Origin: Proteromonas lacertae
Lineage: Eukaryota
Direction of reading: 5' to 3'
Length of the DNA stretch: 64,000 nucleotides
NCBI GenBank assembly: GCA_002245135.1
Contig: NGBS01000315.1
Coordinates: 62,001 to 126,000 of the forward strand
Under the pieces are notes generated by a model. That model was not told the origin of the DNA. It saw nothing but the letters and a program-made list of their open reading frames with translations, and searched no databases. The translations under genes were made by a program, and so were the position numbers. Positions 1 through 14,200 of this stretch are shown here, piece by piece; position 1 is the first letter of the stretch; the number at the start of each line of letters is the position of its first letter.

Positions 1-1200
1 GAGGAGAAACCTGGATCACATTTACAACTTCCACTATCACAAGTTCCTCTGCTAGAACATTCTGTTGGCTGAGCATCAGTTTGTCTCCAATATTGTTTAT
101 GAGATGGTAAATATTTCTTACCTTCACTATTTACAATCTTAATTATTGGTATTCTATAATATATATATAATTATATATTTTATACTGTTTTAATGGTTTT
201 TTAATGATAATATCCAAGTAATTACCAGTATCAGCTAAAATTCTTCTTGCTGAAGGTATTTTATAATCATCATCATTTTCTTTTGTAGGAATTGATGGAT
301 TAACAGAAGGAACTTCAGTTGCACTACCATAAACATCTACAACTACATCATCTGCTAAAGCAGCAAATCCAAATTTCTATATAAATAATAATCATAAAAA
401 TCATACAACCATAGCTTCAGCTATATTCTTCTTTTGCATTTCAGCATCATCTGTTAAATAGACATTATACTTTTTTCCACTAAAAATATAATAACAGTAA
501 ATGTACATACTTTGCTGAAAATATATAAATATATTCTGTATTTGTAAGTGATCTTAAAGTATTAAATTCAGAGTGCTTATATATTTGTCTTGATGGTAAA
601 TAAACTCTCATTGGATCAAGATTTTCAACACATGTTCCTATATGAATAACAATATAAATAACAATACTTATAGAACAATCACTACCTTTATATCCTTCAT
701 CGCATTTGCAACCATAAGTTGAATCTTTATCCCAATTTGAATAATCATTTCCTTGAGAGATTTTAACACATATTCCATGATTACTACATACCTTATTTTT
801 GCTATTTACTGGGCAGTTTAATACTCCACAGGATGGACCACTAAATCCGTTTGGACATTCACATACTCCTTCTACACATTTGCCTATTCCACTACACTCT
901 TCTTGAGTTCTGTTTGCGTATAGTTTTTCAGAGTCAAACCATGTCGGTCCTTCAGGACATTTTACTATTTATCAATAAAACTCTCTTAATAAATACTTTG
1001 ATTACAAGTCACTCCTTTGTATTTATCATAACAGATGCAACGACTATGACCAAAATCGTATCCAAATAATGGATGTTTTATACCACAATATCCGTGAACA
1101 CTGAAAATATACAAGATTAATCATACCATGTGCTATTACTACAAATAGCTGATACATGTGCCATGTATATCATGAAAATAAATATAACAAGATTTTTCAT
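1..1200 (-). CDS. Secreted EGF-repeat protein resembling tubular mastigoneme (Ocm1/SIG1-type) proteins; 3' end runs off the window
   Basis: Manual splicing over short GT-AG introns gives a signal peptide (MKNLVIFIFMIYMAHVSA), then CPEGPTWFD...ECSGIGKC..CECPNGFSGPSC..CSNHGIC..WDKDSTYGCKCDEGYKGSDCS..TC..DP and a later ECSSRGTCDSGSCKCDPGF. Confidence 0.75.
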
Positions 1201-1345
1201 CTGTTTATTATCTTGTTACGTTAATCAAGCCAAAAATAAAAGTTTGACAAAGGTTTGAGAATTTTTATATTTTCTCGATTTTCTCTTTTAATACAAATCA
1301 AATAGAAAGAATAATAAACAATTTTTAATCATGATATAGTTTTAT

Positions 1346-3779
1346 TTAGAGTTGACAAAATTTTATCAAATCAGGCAACAAACTTGGATTAAGTTGATCT
1401 GGTTGATAATTAGAGATTCTACTCACAATATTGGCTTTCAATTGACTATTTCCATTCTTATAAACAGCTGTACCAATCACTCTCAAACATAAATTCTTAA
1501 TATTTGGATCTTCATCATGTTCATATATGTAAAAACATCCTTGTAACAGTTTATCCATATCATCTAAATTATTATTCAAATTATTATCAATATTGTTCAA
1601 AATTGCATAATTCATCAATAATCCAGCTGTAGTGATAAAACATTTGTGTTGTTCATTTCTTTCTAAGTAATACATCATATGTTGGAAAAATAAAGATTTC
1701 TATTTATGAAATTAAAGATAAATTAATAAATTATACGAAATTGAGTAATAAATCATGAGGAGGTCTATTTTTAAACAGATTACATATTAACTTATAAAAT
1801 AAGCCAATTGTAATACTTGGTACTTCATTCGATTTTTCTAATATCTTATTATACAATGCAAATATCACTCCTTCACCTTTATTAATGAGTAATTCTTTAC
1901 CAGATGGATGAACTGATATATGTCTCATAAAATCACATGATACAAACAGGTTTGAAGGTGTAAATAGTTCAATTGAATCGTTAATGATTGGTATTACTTT
2001 ATCTGATATTTCAGAAATGTGATAATGACTTTCATCTTTAAGAATATCAATTATTTGTTTCAATTCTGCAATATGTTCAGGTTTAGAGGCGAATAGTTCG
2101 ATTATTCGTTTTTCTAAACCTGTTAGGTTGGTTTTGATGAATGAATTGAAATCTGTTTGAGGGAAATCTATTATAATATATATATATATATATTGACATA
2201 CATTGAGATACGAATTGTTGTGTTTGTTGTTGATTTGACTCATTTCCTCCACCTATCACCACATTTCCTGACTGTTTAGACTTTTGAATAAAATCAATAA
2301 TTTGAGGACGATAAAATATTGGAATCTATAAACAATAAATATATAAATATATATATAAAGTACATTATTCTTCATCAAGAATTCATCTGCAACTGTATAA
2401 GGATTATCTTCATAATTAAATGCTAATTCAAATGTTGTTGGTCCATGTCCTCCTTCTAATTCAACAGCTTGTACTTTATCATATAATTTCCCATCACTAG
2501 CTGGTGTTTTTGTGTTGTTTAATACTTTACCGATTTCAATCCAAGTGTTGGAGTCAGTTTCCCATTGAAAGGCTATTGCTTCACCATTTCTATTGAACAC
2601 TTTTACTTCGTTGTTTTTACTACCTGGTTCAGTGTTGATTCCGTTGTATATTGGTAATGTGCTAATGTCAATATTTTCACCAGTTCTGTTAAGTATAAAT
2701 ACAATATATAATATATGATATACTTTGATTCTTGTGCAGTTTTTATTTCTTCATAAAACGTGTTCATTTCTTCATCACTCGCAATCTTACTACTATCCTG
2801 TGTAAAGATTCTAATAACATGGTCACTACATCCTGTGATAATATCACCTGTTGGAGTACTACAAATACACCATAATGAAGATGGATGTTGTATTTCTTGA
2901 CTACAGATACTATCCTTCCATATTCTGCATATACAATCATCACTTACACTACCATATATATTATCACTAATCTCACATGCTTGCATTATAAATGGAGGTT
3001 TACCTTCTTCATTTTCAGGGCAGGTAAACTGTTGTTGTAAATTACCGTTACAATCCCATACACAAATTGTTCCATCATTTGAAGTTGATAAGAATCGATT
3101 ATTACTGACTAATTTCAAACATCTAATTGGTCCAGTGTGTTTATCAATTGTTTTGATTAATTGTTGATTGACAAATATTCTGATTTTACATCCTACTATC
3201 TTTGCATCAGGAGAACCTGATTCACCTTGTTGAATTCCAGTTGTTGCTGTTATTATAGTTGTTTCATTCAATCCTAATACACTGACTGCATTTTCATGAT
3301 CTGAAAGTGTGTATAACAAAGACATTTCTGGTAGTTTCCATACTTTTGCACATCCATCCCATCCTCCTGAGACTAAATTATCTCCACAGTAGGATAGTGA
3401 TACTACACCTCCATCGTGAGCATTTATTACGGAAACTGGGTTGAAAGAATAATCATAAATGTGAATTGTTCCATCTCTTGCACCAGAGAATAAACCACCT
3501 ACATATAAATAAATAAATTATACCTTCTTTCTTCTCTAGAATGCATATTACCCAAGATTGATTATCAAATATCAACCTACAATCATCTGCTGCACTCCAT
3601 AATCTGACAGTTCTATCCTATATTTATTTAAAATATTTTGATATACCTGAGAGCAACTATAGATCAAATGTTCGTAAACTTTTGAGAATGCTATGTCACG
3701 GACCTATAACTCGTCACTTGAGCAGATATACATAATCTTCATGACCTCGGTATGTTTTAGAAAGCATATAAGAATCCAT
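1346..3779 (-). CDS. PLAA: Phospholipase A2-activating protein / Doa1-Ufd3 (WD40 + PFU + PUL), multi-exon
   Basis: WD40 repeats (SGGWDGCAKVW, TGCSDHVIRIF), PFU motif (YDKVQAVELEGG..LAFNYEDNPYTVADEFL) and a helical C-terminal region. ATG at 3779; ORF pieces join through short introns. Confidence 0.9.
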
Positions 3780-3979
3780 CTTTGAGAAAAATAAAGAAGA
3801 AATTCTCTTTATCCAATTTTCAAGTTTACAGAGACAGCGTGATTCATTATGATATTTTAGATTTATTGGGTGTAGCAGCACAAAATATTATTTTATACAA
3901 CAATGATACAACAATACTGAAGATCATATTATAATTGCGAAATCTTATCTATTCTATCAAAAATAATACTCTATATGGG

Positions 3980-5245
3980 TTATTTTTTGGCTCTTCTAGC
4001 TCGTTTAATAGCCAAAGCAGAGGGATGGTTCATCTTATATTGAATAGTCATTCCATAAATCGTTTGTCTAGCCAATTGAATTGCTCTATTCAATGTATTC
4101 ATAGAAAACCTTTCTGCCACATTCACATAAGGATTAGAAGGATGAACAATATAAGGTAAAATAGAAGAATCAGGTTTAAATTGTTTCACTATATCAGGAA
4201 CTCCAGTATAACCTTCCCAAGTAATCTATTTAACATCAAACATGTTTGATTATTATACTTGCTTGGTGGGAAGTGTTAAAATTAAATCAAACATTTGTTT
4301 TAAATAATAGAATTCTGAATGATCTTTATATTGTTCAGGAACTTCTTCAACACACACTTTTCTATATTAAAATATAATGAAATGAAAAATAAAAGATGTA
4401 CAATGCTAAAATGATAATAATTTCTTCTTCAAATGGGATATTTCCATACCAATTCTATTTTGAAAAATTAAAAATTGATATTGGAATTTTAAATATTATA
4501 TACTTCAAAACCTTGCCAATATTTAAATAATGTTATAATTTCACACAAATGTGGGTGAATAATTGTTCTTTCTTTTAATATTTCATTTAATTCGTATAAG
4601 TCATAGCAGATATAGAATCTAGATAATTTACTGGTTAAAATATCTATAGTAGGATGGCCTAGTAATAATTATATATTATATATATTATATAATTCACACC
4701 TGAAACAAATATTTCGATTGTAATTTGGTCAATTTTATAAACTAGTGAGTTTCTATCCAAATGTTAAATAAATGGAATATTAAAAATGAGTAAAAGTAAA
4801 GAAGAAGAAGAAGAAAAAGAAGAAGTTAAATATGATAATTTTGTTATTATTACTCAGTGACGGTTCTAGGGGAATGATAATCTTTGAATTTCTCAATCAT
4901 ATTAAAGATTTCGATTTTGTAATCTTCACATTTTTCAACATCGAAATCGTTTAAGATAATATGTATATCTGTGCTTAGTCTGTCCTTAATTCCAGTATTA
5001 GAAGCCAGTCCTCCAAAACAAAAGATTTTTTGTGCTCTTTCTCCAAATAGCTTTTCAAGAGATTCTGTATATCTTTTGACAATGTTCCAACAATTTTCTG
5101 AGAGTGATTTATGTACTTCCAGATCATTTTGATAAAATGTGTGAACTTGATGCCATTCTATTTCTTTACTAAATGCTCCGATCTAGATATAAGATGTATA
5201 TTATATTTTCATATGAATGAAAAATACTAGTAGTCTGTGAGACAT
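3980..5245 (-). CDS. Divergent non-canonical poly(A)/poly(U) polymerase-like protein (Trf4/Cid1/TUTase fold), 7 exons
   Basis: Spliced product contains CFGGLASNTGIKDRLSTDIHIIL (cf. FGSxxxGxxxxxSDxD), TIEIFV, HPHLCEIITLFKYW and YIVHPSNPYVNVA (PAP-associated-like). Most of it is missed by the ORF track. Confidence 0.6.
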
Positions 5246-5318
5246 AATATCCAAACAAAATAAAATTCAAAAGTTTGATAAAGCTTGATTCCCTTTTTTA
5301 ATTATTGCTTGTTTTTGA

Positions 5319-6102
5319 ATGTCTGATAGCTTAGATGACTTTTTAGCACAGATCAATGCTATTGCACCAAAGAAATCTGAAGTTTTAAAAACAGATGTAC
5401 TTATTTCAAAACCCCCAGAAGCAGATGCACCTAACAATGCTGACATACCACAGCCACCACCACCACAAACACCAACAGGTATTAATTATTTAGTTATAAT
5501 GATTAAATAGAGATTGTTCCAAATACAACAGGTGAACCAGTTGTTCCACAACCACATAAAAAGTATAATTATATTGTTCTGACTATATATAGAGAAAAGA
5601 ATGAAAAAAATGGAGCTAAACCAAAGAAACCAGAGAAATTAGATGTATTTTACTTTTTGTATAATCTTTATAGTATAAAAAAGTGTCAAAACGTAAATTC
5701 TATCGAATAGCTGGAGGTGAAAAATGGTTCGATCCTACACTACAAGAATGGCCTGAAGACGATTTCAGAGTATTTGTCGGTAATTTAGGTAATGAAGTAG
5801 ATGATGAAAGACTGAAGAAAACATTTGCACATTATAAATCAGTAGCAAAAGTAAAAGTTGTAAGAGATAAACGAAATTTAAAGACTAAAGGTTATGGTTT
5901 TGTTAGTTTTCTAGATCCTGAGGAATGTTTAAAGGCATTAAAAGAGATGAATAACCAATACTGTGGAAATAAGCCAATGAATTTGAAAATTAGTCAATGG
6001 AAGAAGAGAAGTCAAGATGCAGCTAAGAAAGAATGGAAAGAACAACAAAGAAAGTTGTTGGCAATGACAAAGAAGTCATCTGTTGATATAATTCCAGAAT
6101 AA
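5319..6102 (+). CDS. RBM42: RNA-binding protein 42 (RRM), 4 exons
   Basis: RIAGGEKWFDPTLQEWPEDDFRVFVGNLGNEV...KTKGYGFVSF signature; short introns starting near 5479, 5563 and 5646. Confidence 0.92.
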
Positions 6103-6212
6103 ATATTTTGTTTTTGATTTTAATTATTTATTGCAAATGATTGTTGTGTTATTGAATTTAAGATGAAAAAAAAAATGATGAAAATGAAAAGAAAAATAAT
6201 AATAATGAGTTT

Positions 6213-7586
6213 TTATAATATAATTTGTGAATTAACACTTTCTTTTATAACTTTATAAGGTAAAATAACACTCGAATTAACAGCAATCTCACTCAATATC
6301 TCCACATCTGAACCAATGATACAAATCTTATCAGAATTTTCATATGAATAAATATCACTCTTTTCACCAACAATTCTACACCAATTTCCAATATTAACTT
6401 GTGGTTCAATTATTGAATATTTTATACAGCAGTTATTACCAATTGTTACACCATCATGAATTACACAATTCGATATTCTTGTTCCTTCTCCAATTTTACA
6501 ATTCTTTCCAATATAAACATTTGGACCAATGAAAGTGTTTGGATTGATTTGGCTTGAGTTATGAATACATACAGATGTATTATTGTCTTTATTATTATTA
6601 TTATTATTATTATTTTCTTGATAATATTGAACTAAAAAATCATTGCAATATATTAATGAATTTGGTGTTTTAATAGGACACCAAAAGCCTTTATATTTAT
6701 AGGAATATACCAATCCTTTATTGATTAATGAAACAACTAAATCATGTTCTAAACTTAAATAATCATCAGGAACAGAATATAACATTTGAGAAGCTGTTGA
6801 TTTACTATAATATTATAAAGATAAATAAATGAATTAATACTTATGTTCTTTTACTCGTTGATTATACACATTATCTCCAATTTCTTTAATTAGATTCAAT
6901 ACTCCAACATTGAACATATATAAACCACAATTAATATATGTGCTGATAAATGTTTCTGGTTTTTCTGCATAATGTATTACTTGATTTTGCTTTTTATCTT
7001 CATCACAGATCATACAGCCATAATGCGATGTATTTCTAATATATATTAAATAATATAATAATAATATAATAAATACATTTTTTGTGATAAATCTGTTATA
7101 GATACACCCATCATAACCAAGGTCAATGGATTAATTTTCAACATTTCGTACATTTCTTTGATTGGATGATTGCAACATATATCACCATTTATAATCATTA
7201 GTACATCAGGATTTCCTTCTAATATTCTATCATAATATAATCTTAAACCACCTGCTGTTCCAATTCCTCTTTTTTCTTGAATATAATCAATTGGTACTTT
7301 GTAAATCTCTTTATATTTTTCAATAAATGGATTGAATATCTCTGCTCTGAAGAAACCCATCAAAATAATCTCACAATTCTTAGAAAATTGCATTACTGCT
7401 TCAATATGATGGCAAATCAGTGGTTTACCAGCAACTATAAATTAATGAAAAAATAATACCTTCAACCAAGGGTTTGGGTGTGGTTAAGGAAACAGGACGA
7501 TATTGAATGTTTTCAGTAGGTCCTCCAACTAGAACAATTGCTTTTACATGAACCTAAACAATGTATTCAATTTAATATACGCTCAT
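6213..7586 (-). CDS. GMPPA: Mannose-1-phosphate guanylyltransferase, alpha-like (NTP transferase + hexapeptide repeats)
   Basis: KAIVLVGGPTENIQYRPVSLTTPKPL, GTAGGL, NGDICC, EKPETFISTYINCGLY and C-terminal left-handed beta-helix repeats. Confidence 0.85.
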
Positions 7587-7755
7587 TGATAGAAATAAGA
7601 ATAATTTCAGAAAAGAAATACAAATAGTTATCGAGCCTAGATATCATTTATGGTGTTTGGAATTAATTTCATGTACCCCGAAATCTACGGTTTCTCTTTT
7701 AAAAATATTGTTTCTTGTTAACTGGCAGTTGATTTGAAAAGTTAGTAGAGTAAAG

Positions 7756-9363
7756 ATGACGTCTTTTCCCTTCCAAAGTGAAATACACAATGTCACAAAG
7801 ATGCCGAAAGGATCTTGTCATTTGTGTGGTAAAGAAGATTGCGGTAAAAGAACCGGAAGAGTGATATGCAAACAATGTGGTAAAGTATTCTGCGTAGGAC
7901 AATTACATAAAAAATTCGGTTTAAGTGTTGAAGCAAATGATTGTAACTTTATTTGTCCTAAGTGTACTGGTATTTGTTGTTGTGTTGCTCCTTGTCACAT
8001 GAATCACACACATTGTAAAACCTTCACAGTAAGAGAAAACAAAAGAAAGAAAAAAGAGATGTTACTCCAGACTAATGAAATCAATTGCAACAAAATCAGA
8101 CGTATTAATAGTGTATTAGATACATTTTCTGCAAGTCAAAATACTTTTATACCACTTCCAGAAGAATCACCAATTCCTCGATTTACTGAATTATTTGATA
8201 GAAACCAAAGATTTGCCTTGAATGCTGTTTATTATTGGGGAACTGAACCTCCTGAGACATGTATATACACTCGTATTGTAATTATATATTGAAATATAGG
8301 TGGAAAAGAACCATCCGATATTCTACAAACAATATATGACTCAATAACTGAAGATATGAAAGATATATCATTTTATATTACAATTATTTTATATTTTTAT
8401 ATTTTCTTTAATTTCTCTTTTTTTACCAATATCCAGCTTTTCAATTACTCAATAAAGATCTAATCAAACAGGTAAAAGATAATGAAATTGTATCTTCTAG
8501 AAGTAATGTTTTAAATTCTTTTATTAAACAATTAATGGACAGTACAATCACTGCTCATGTTGTTTGGACTTTTACTACCATTGCTCCAACCGTTGGTGAT
8601 GATGAAAATAATAATAACCTTAACTCTACTGCTGCTGCTATGGATAAAATGATACTTAGACCTCCTAAGCCAGGACCAGCTTTGAGTGTGTTATTGAGGA
8701 CTTATGACTCGTTAATTATTTCATTAGAGAATAAATCGCATTATGATGCTAATTCTGATAGTAGATTATGTATATACATACATGTACTTATTTATAGCCT
8801 TTGATTTTTGTATAATTAATCATCACGAAGATTCTCAAAATGCTGCAAAGATATTGGCTACATCTATCAGTTTAATAACAAGAACTATATCTGCAGCTTG
8901 TGGCTCGTTTGATATCACAGAGAATTGGAGTTTAGGACCAAATTATAAGCATTCCACAACTAACCTTGCTGATTTATCACTATTAGATAAAATGTACCAT
9001 GAAATACAAGAATATGCAACGCAAATACAAGAACTGGATGAACAGTATGTAATTATTATAAAACTTCCTGGTGTAAGTACTTCTGAGGATCCTGTGATGA
9101 AGAATGTACCACTATTAAGTTTTATAATTCTTGATATTATAAAGAGTGATCCAAAGTCTGTCTTAGACATAAACAAGATCTTCTTTGAAAAGAATATAAT
9201 GCTTGTGAAAGTAGCGTTTAATATAAAGAAAGACTGGACTACTGAACTATCTACAAGGTCAAAATTTATACAGTATGAAGTAATGGAGTTAAAACTATTT
9301 AAGAAATCATTAGATGATGAAAACAGTGAGTATTCATCATTTGATTCAGTAAAATCATTTTAA
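7756..9363 (+). CDS. Cys-rich zinc-finger protein (zf-4CXXC_R1-like N-terminus), 4 exons
   Basis: CHLC..CKQC..FC..CPKCTGICCC pattern. Exons join in frame through introns 8261-8299, 8365-8426 (AT-AC) and 8770-8797. Confidence 0.65.
8365..8426 (+). other. Candidate U12-type (minor spliceosome) AT-AC intron, 62 nt
   Basis: 5' ATATCATTTT, branch-like TTTTCTTTAAT about 15 nt before the terminal AC. Phase-0 removal joins AAA GAT to CAA TAT CCA in frame. Confidence 0.65.
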
Positions 9364-9479
9364 TGTATTTTTCTAATCCATGAATTTATTGTTTTTTAAA
9401 TTTTTAAATTTTTGAATTGGGTGTTTCAAAATTCGGAACATTTTTTTGAAACAAAAACTTCATTTCTTTTTTTACTTCA

Positions 9480-11098
9480 ATGTCTAGCACAGAGAAACCT
9501 AAAGAAGACAAAAGCATCGACAAGAAAGCTGATGCTGAAAAAGAGACAAAAGAACAACCAAAGCCTGAAATAAAACTTACTGATGAGGATTATGTGAGAA
9601 TCGGTATGCTCATGCAATCTATATAATAGGAATGAAATTGAATGTTAAAAATATCATGAGAGGTGTTGATACAACTCAAAGCAGATTCATCAGTCGAGCA
9701 ATTCGTACCACAGTAGGTATTCGAAAGAGATTAAATGCGAAGAAGTTATTACCTTACATCATAAAAACCATCAGCAGTACAGATCCAATGAAACAAGTCT
9801 TAATCGAAGCATTGTTATGTGTTGGAAGAAAAGATGGTTCTGGTGCAGAAGTAGCTACAATGAGTGAAAACAGCCATGTAATCAAAGATTATCCTGAAGT
9901 AATAATTTACTATAGTTATTTGGTATTATGTTTGATGAAAATGAATGAATTATATGAAGATAGTATAAAATTGTGTGAAATGATATTTGACTATATAAAG
10001 AAATACCATCGCCATTCATTAGATATGTTACTAGGAAAGGTATATTATATTTATATAATAACGAATAACCGTTTAAAAAGAAATGACAAAATCCGTAGTA
10101 AGTTAATAAAATATCATCGTGAAAGTTGTATATTAAAATATGAATATTGTGAATGTGTAATATTGAATGGATTATTACATAATGATATAAGCAATAAAGA
10201 TTATGAAAGCGCCTCCAATTTGATCAGTAAAACCACCTTCCGTAGTAGTATAAGTAATAACCAATATATTCGATATTTATATTATTGTGCCATTATTAAT
10301 GCGATGCAATTATGTTATTCTGATGCTTATCAACAATTAACTCATAGTTTAAGAAAGTCACCTGAAATGAAAGTAAAGAAAAATGAAAATGAAAATAAGA
10401 AGAATGAGAATAATGATGAAGAAAAAGAAAAAGAAAAAGAAAAAGTAGTAGAAGAAATTGGAAAAGGTTTTATTCGAAAAGAAACAAAATTATTATCAAT
10501 TGTAACAATGCTAATGGGAGAAGAACCTGATAAAAGGACATTTTATAATTCTTATGTAAAGAGAGTAATAAAACCATACGTAATGATATGTGAATCTGTA
10601 CAAAAAGGAGATTTAAAAGAATATAATGAAGTTTATAAGAAATATAAAAATATATTTGAAAAAGATGGTTTAAACTGGTTAATTGAAAGATTAAGGCATA
10701 ATGTGATAAAAATTGGATTGCATAAAATCACTTTAAGTTATGATCGAATAAGTTTAGAAGATATAACCAAAAAATTACATTTTGAAAGTGTAGAAGATGC
10801 TGAATACATCTGTAGTAAAACAATCTATGATGGTGTAATTGATGCAGAATTAGATAATGAAAAGAAATTACTAATAACGAAAGAAAGTGTGAATGAATAT
10901 AAATCATTAAATCCAATAGAAGCATTTAGTAAACGAAGTGATTTTTGTAATGATGTTTATAGTGAAGCGATGAAATCTATGAGATACAATTTAACTGCTT
11001 ATAAAGAATTAGATGAAGGTGATAGTGATAATAATAATGAAAATGAAGAAGATATTGGTTTAGATGATGATGATGATGATGATTACTTTGATATTTAA
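9480..11098 (+). CDS. PSMD3: 26S proteasome lid subunit Rpn3 (PCI domain)
   Basis: SNNQYIRYLYY, RLRHNVIKIG..SYDRISLEDITKKL..EDAEYI..DGVIDA motifs; ATG at 9480 and one 26-nt intron near 9604-9629. Confidence 0.93.
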
Positions 11099-11243
11099 AA
11101 AGACATATAAAATATTCTTTGATTATTATTATTATTATTATTATTATATATTTTTTTTGTTTTGTAGAATAATCAAAAAATGTGTCAGTAAGTTTAATAA
11201 CAAAAAAATGAAAATCAGGAAATAATAATAATAATAATTTTAA

Positions 11244-14200
11244 TTATTGAAATGTTACTTTCTTTCTTAAAGCATTTCTTATATTAACGATACTAACTTC
11301 CATTGCATTCTTATTTAAATGATTAACAACATTAAAAAGACTATCAATTGATGTTTTAGTGTCTTCACTAGCATTGGATTCTACATTCTTCGTTATAAAC
11401 TTCTTTCTAATACCATTAATACGACTATTTATTGCTCCTTCTTTTTCATTAAACCAATTATATACAAATTCATCATTCTTCCACATCACTGAAGCATCAT
11501 CTCCTGAATTATTATGAATTGATTCAAACCATACATATAATATTCGACCTGTTTCAGTGAAATTAATTGAAGGATCAGCTTTCATTATTTTCTTTCTCAA
11601 TTCAAATTCACTTAATCTTCTTATCAAATGATGATAGAAATATTTTCGAGCATCTTTCCAATCAACTACTGATTTTATTACTCCTTTCTCACACATTCTA
11701 CCTGGAGTATCATGTAAATCAGCAAATGATTCTGCGATATGTCGATAAGTAGTTAATAATAGCTCTTCACGACTTTTTATCTTTTCTAATATCACTTTCT
11801 TTTCTTCTTCTTTCAATTCTGTATTATTACGTAATTCTAAATCATATTCTTGTAAAGTTTTATCTAAACGATGAGCTGTTTTCAATATATCACCAATACG
11901 ATATTTTATCTCAGTTGTACCAGCTGGTTCTAATACTCCACCTCTTGACGATATATCAGCATACATTTCAATCATATCACTGTTAATTGTTGAATCTAAT
12001 ACCACCCAAGCTCCACCTCTTAATTCACTATGTGGTGGTAAATAAATTATAATTGGATATTTATAATGAACAAGAGCATCAACTATTTGAGAACCATATT
12101 TCAAGATTTCTTCAAACATATCATGAGCACCACCACTAAAACCTCGCCAATTCGCAAATATAAATAATGGTAAATTCTCACCATTAAAATCATTAATAGC
12201 TGTTGCTGTTTTAAATGCACTATCTGGATACCATACTCCACCAGCTTGATGGATTATTTGTTCTTGTGATTGAGGTGTAGCTGGATCAGCTGGAATTATA
12301 CAGTCAATTGTACGATTTTCTGTTGCAATTATACCACATGCATATCCACCTAATCTTGCTCTTCCACATATTACAGTCTTTGCCCAACCTCCTAATGTTT
12401 CTATAAAACTATCTTTATCAAAGAATCCACTTTTAAAACCTGATTCTGTTTCTACACCAGTTAACATTAAACGAGGATCTGATGGAATTGATGGAATTTC
12501 ATATTCTATCTCTCTTTCAATTTTATCATTCAAAATATATGGAACTAATTGATCTTCTTTGGTTTTTGGAACAAATTCTAACCATTCAATTACTTTTTCT
12601 ACACCTTCTAAATCATTATTTACTACCAAATGAGATACACCATTGTTATACATTATACTTGGACCGCCTAATTGATTATTTGAAGTATAAACTGTTTTAC
12701 CCATTAACTTATTTAAAGCACCATAACCTGTCAATATTATTGGAGCACTTCTATCTTTTTGAATTGTTCTTTGACCTAATCGAACTAAATAAGCACCAAT
12801 ACCAACTGATCGACCAGTTACATAAGTTAAAGTGAATATATCTTCATAAGCTCGACTTGTATCACCTGCAATTGTTCCAGAACCTCGTAAGTTTTCTACA
12901 CCTAAATCACTGTCTTTACCTACTATTGCTTTTATTATATATCTTACTTCATTATCAATTGTTGATTTTTCACATATCACAGATTTTGTTGATTGTAATT
13001 TTTCATAATTTTCAGGTGTTAAATATAAATATTTAAATCCTTTTATTGGATTATTCTCATCAATCCATGCTACATCGAATAATCCTTTTACTTCTTCAGC
13101 TAAACCAATTCTTGCACCAGAATTGGCAGCAAAATAAATTCTTGGAATTCTTTTTTCACGAGCATAAAGTGTTGCTAATGAAAAGAATTTATCTTCTTTT
13201 GTTCCAAATGAACCAGCACGTTTTGTTATATCATTACATATTAATACAATATCTCTTCCATCTGGATATACAGGAGTATATAATGTTATTCTCCAAGCAA
13301 CCATACCAATTGTATTATCGCCAATCATTCGATTTTCATCTTCTTTCAATTCAGTTCCACTATCATTCATTACTAATTCTGCTGCGGATAAATATCTACT
13401 ACTAAGAGGTTCTAAATCAGGTTTATATTTCTTAATATTTTGCCATATCTTTGATAATGACTTTCTAAATAATTCTATGAAATCATAACAATAAACAGTT
13501 TCAGAGGATTTATAAGCCATTGCTCTTTGTTGTTCAAATGGTTCTTTTACTGGATATGGAGTTGAGATCTTTTGACCATCTAATTCAAAATCAGCAACCT
13601 CATCTGATATTGATTGGTATATAGTATTACCACCCATTATTGCTATATAAGAATCAACCTTTACAGCTAGACCAGTTGGATTTGTAGCTACAAATAAACA
13701 TGCATGTAAAGATTTTTCATTGAATCTTACATTCGCTTTGATTTCTACCTTTGTAACTCTAACTCTCTTGATTATTGAAGCATATCTTGTATAGAAATCA
13801 GCTAATAAAGCTTCAAAACTATCAGCATCACTTTCTAAATCAGGAATTATATTAATAAATATATGATTTCCTTCTATTACAGACTTAGGATCAGGTTTTA
13901 CCATTAATTCAGTTATTCCTAATTCTATTGCATTTAATGCTTCTACAAAACATCTTTCAGCTTCTGGACAATTCACACTTCCTCCTTTTGTATATATTGA
14001 TTTCTGAGCTATTGATCTAATCACTACTCTTACAAAGAATCTCTTTGTTATCGGTCCTTTCAATTGTTTTTCTTTTGGTTCTGCAATATACATATGAATT
14101 GATCTATTAGGTGTTGGATTCAGTCTTATTCTAAAGTTCAATAATCGACTTAATTCTAAATGATAAGCCATTGGTGGTTCAATATGTCTAACTATTATAT

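Noticed and set aside
6213..7586. GMPPA as part of a GDP-fucose cluster with the fucosyltransferases
   Set aside because: It is 50 kb away in the housekeeping block; proximity is likely coincidental.
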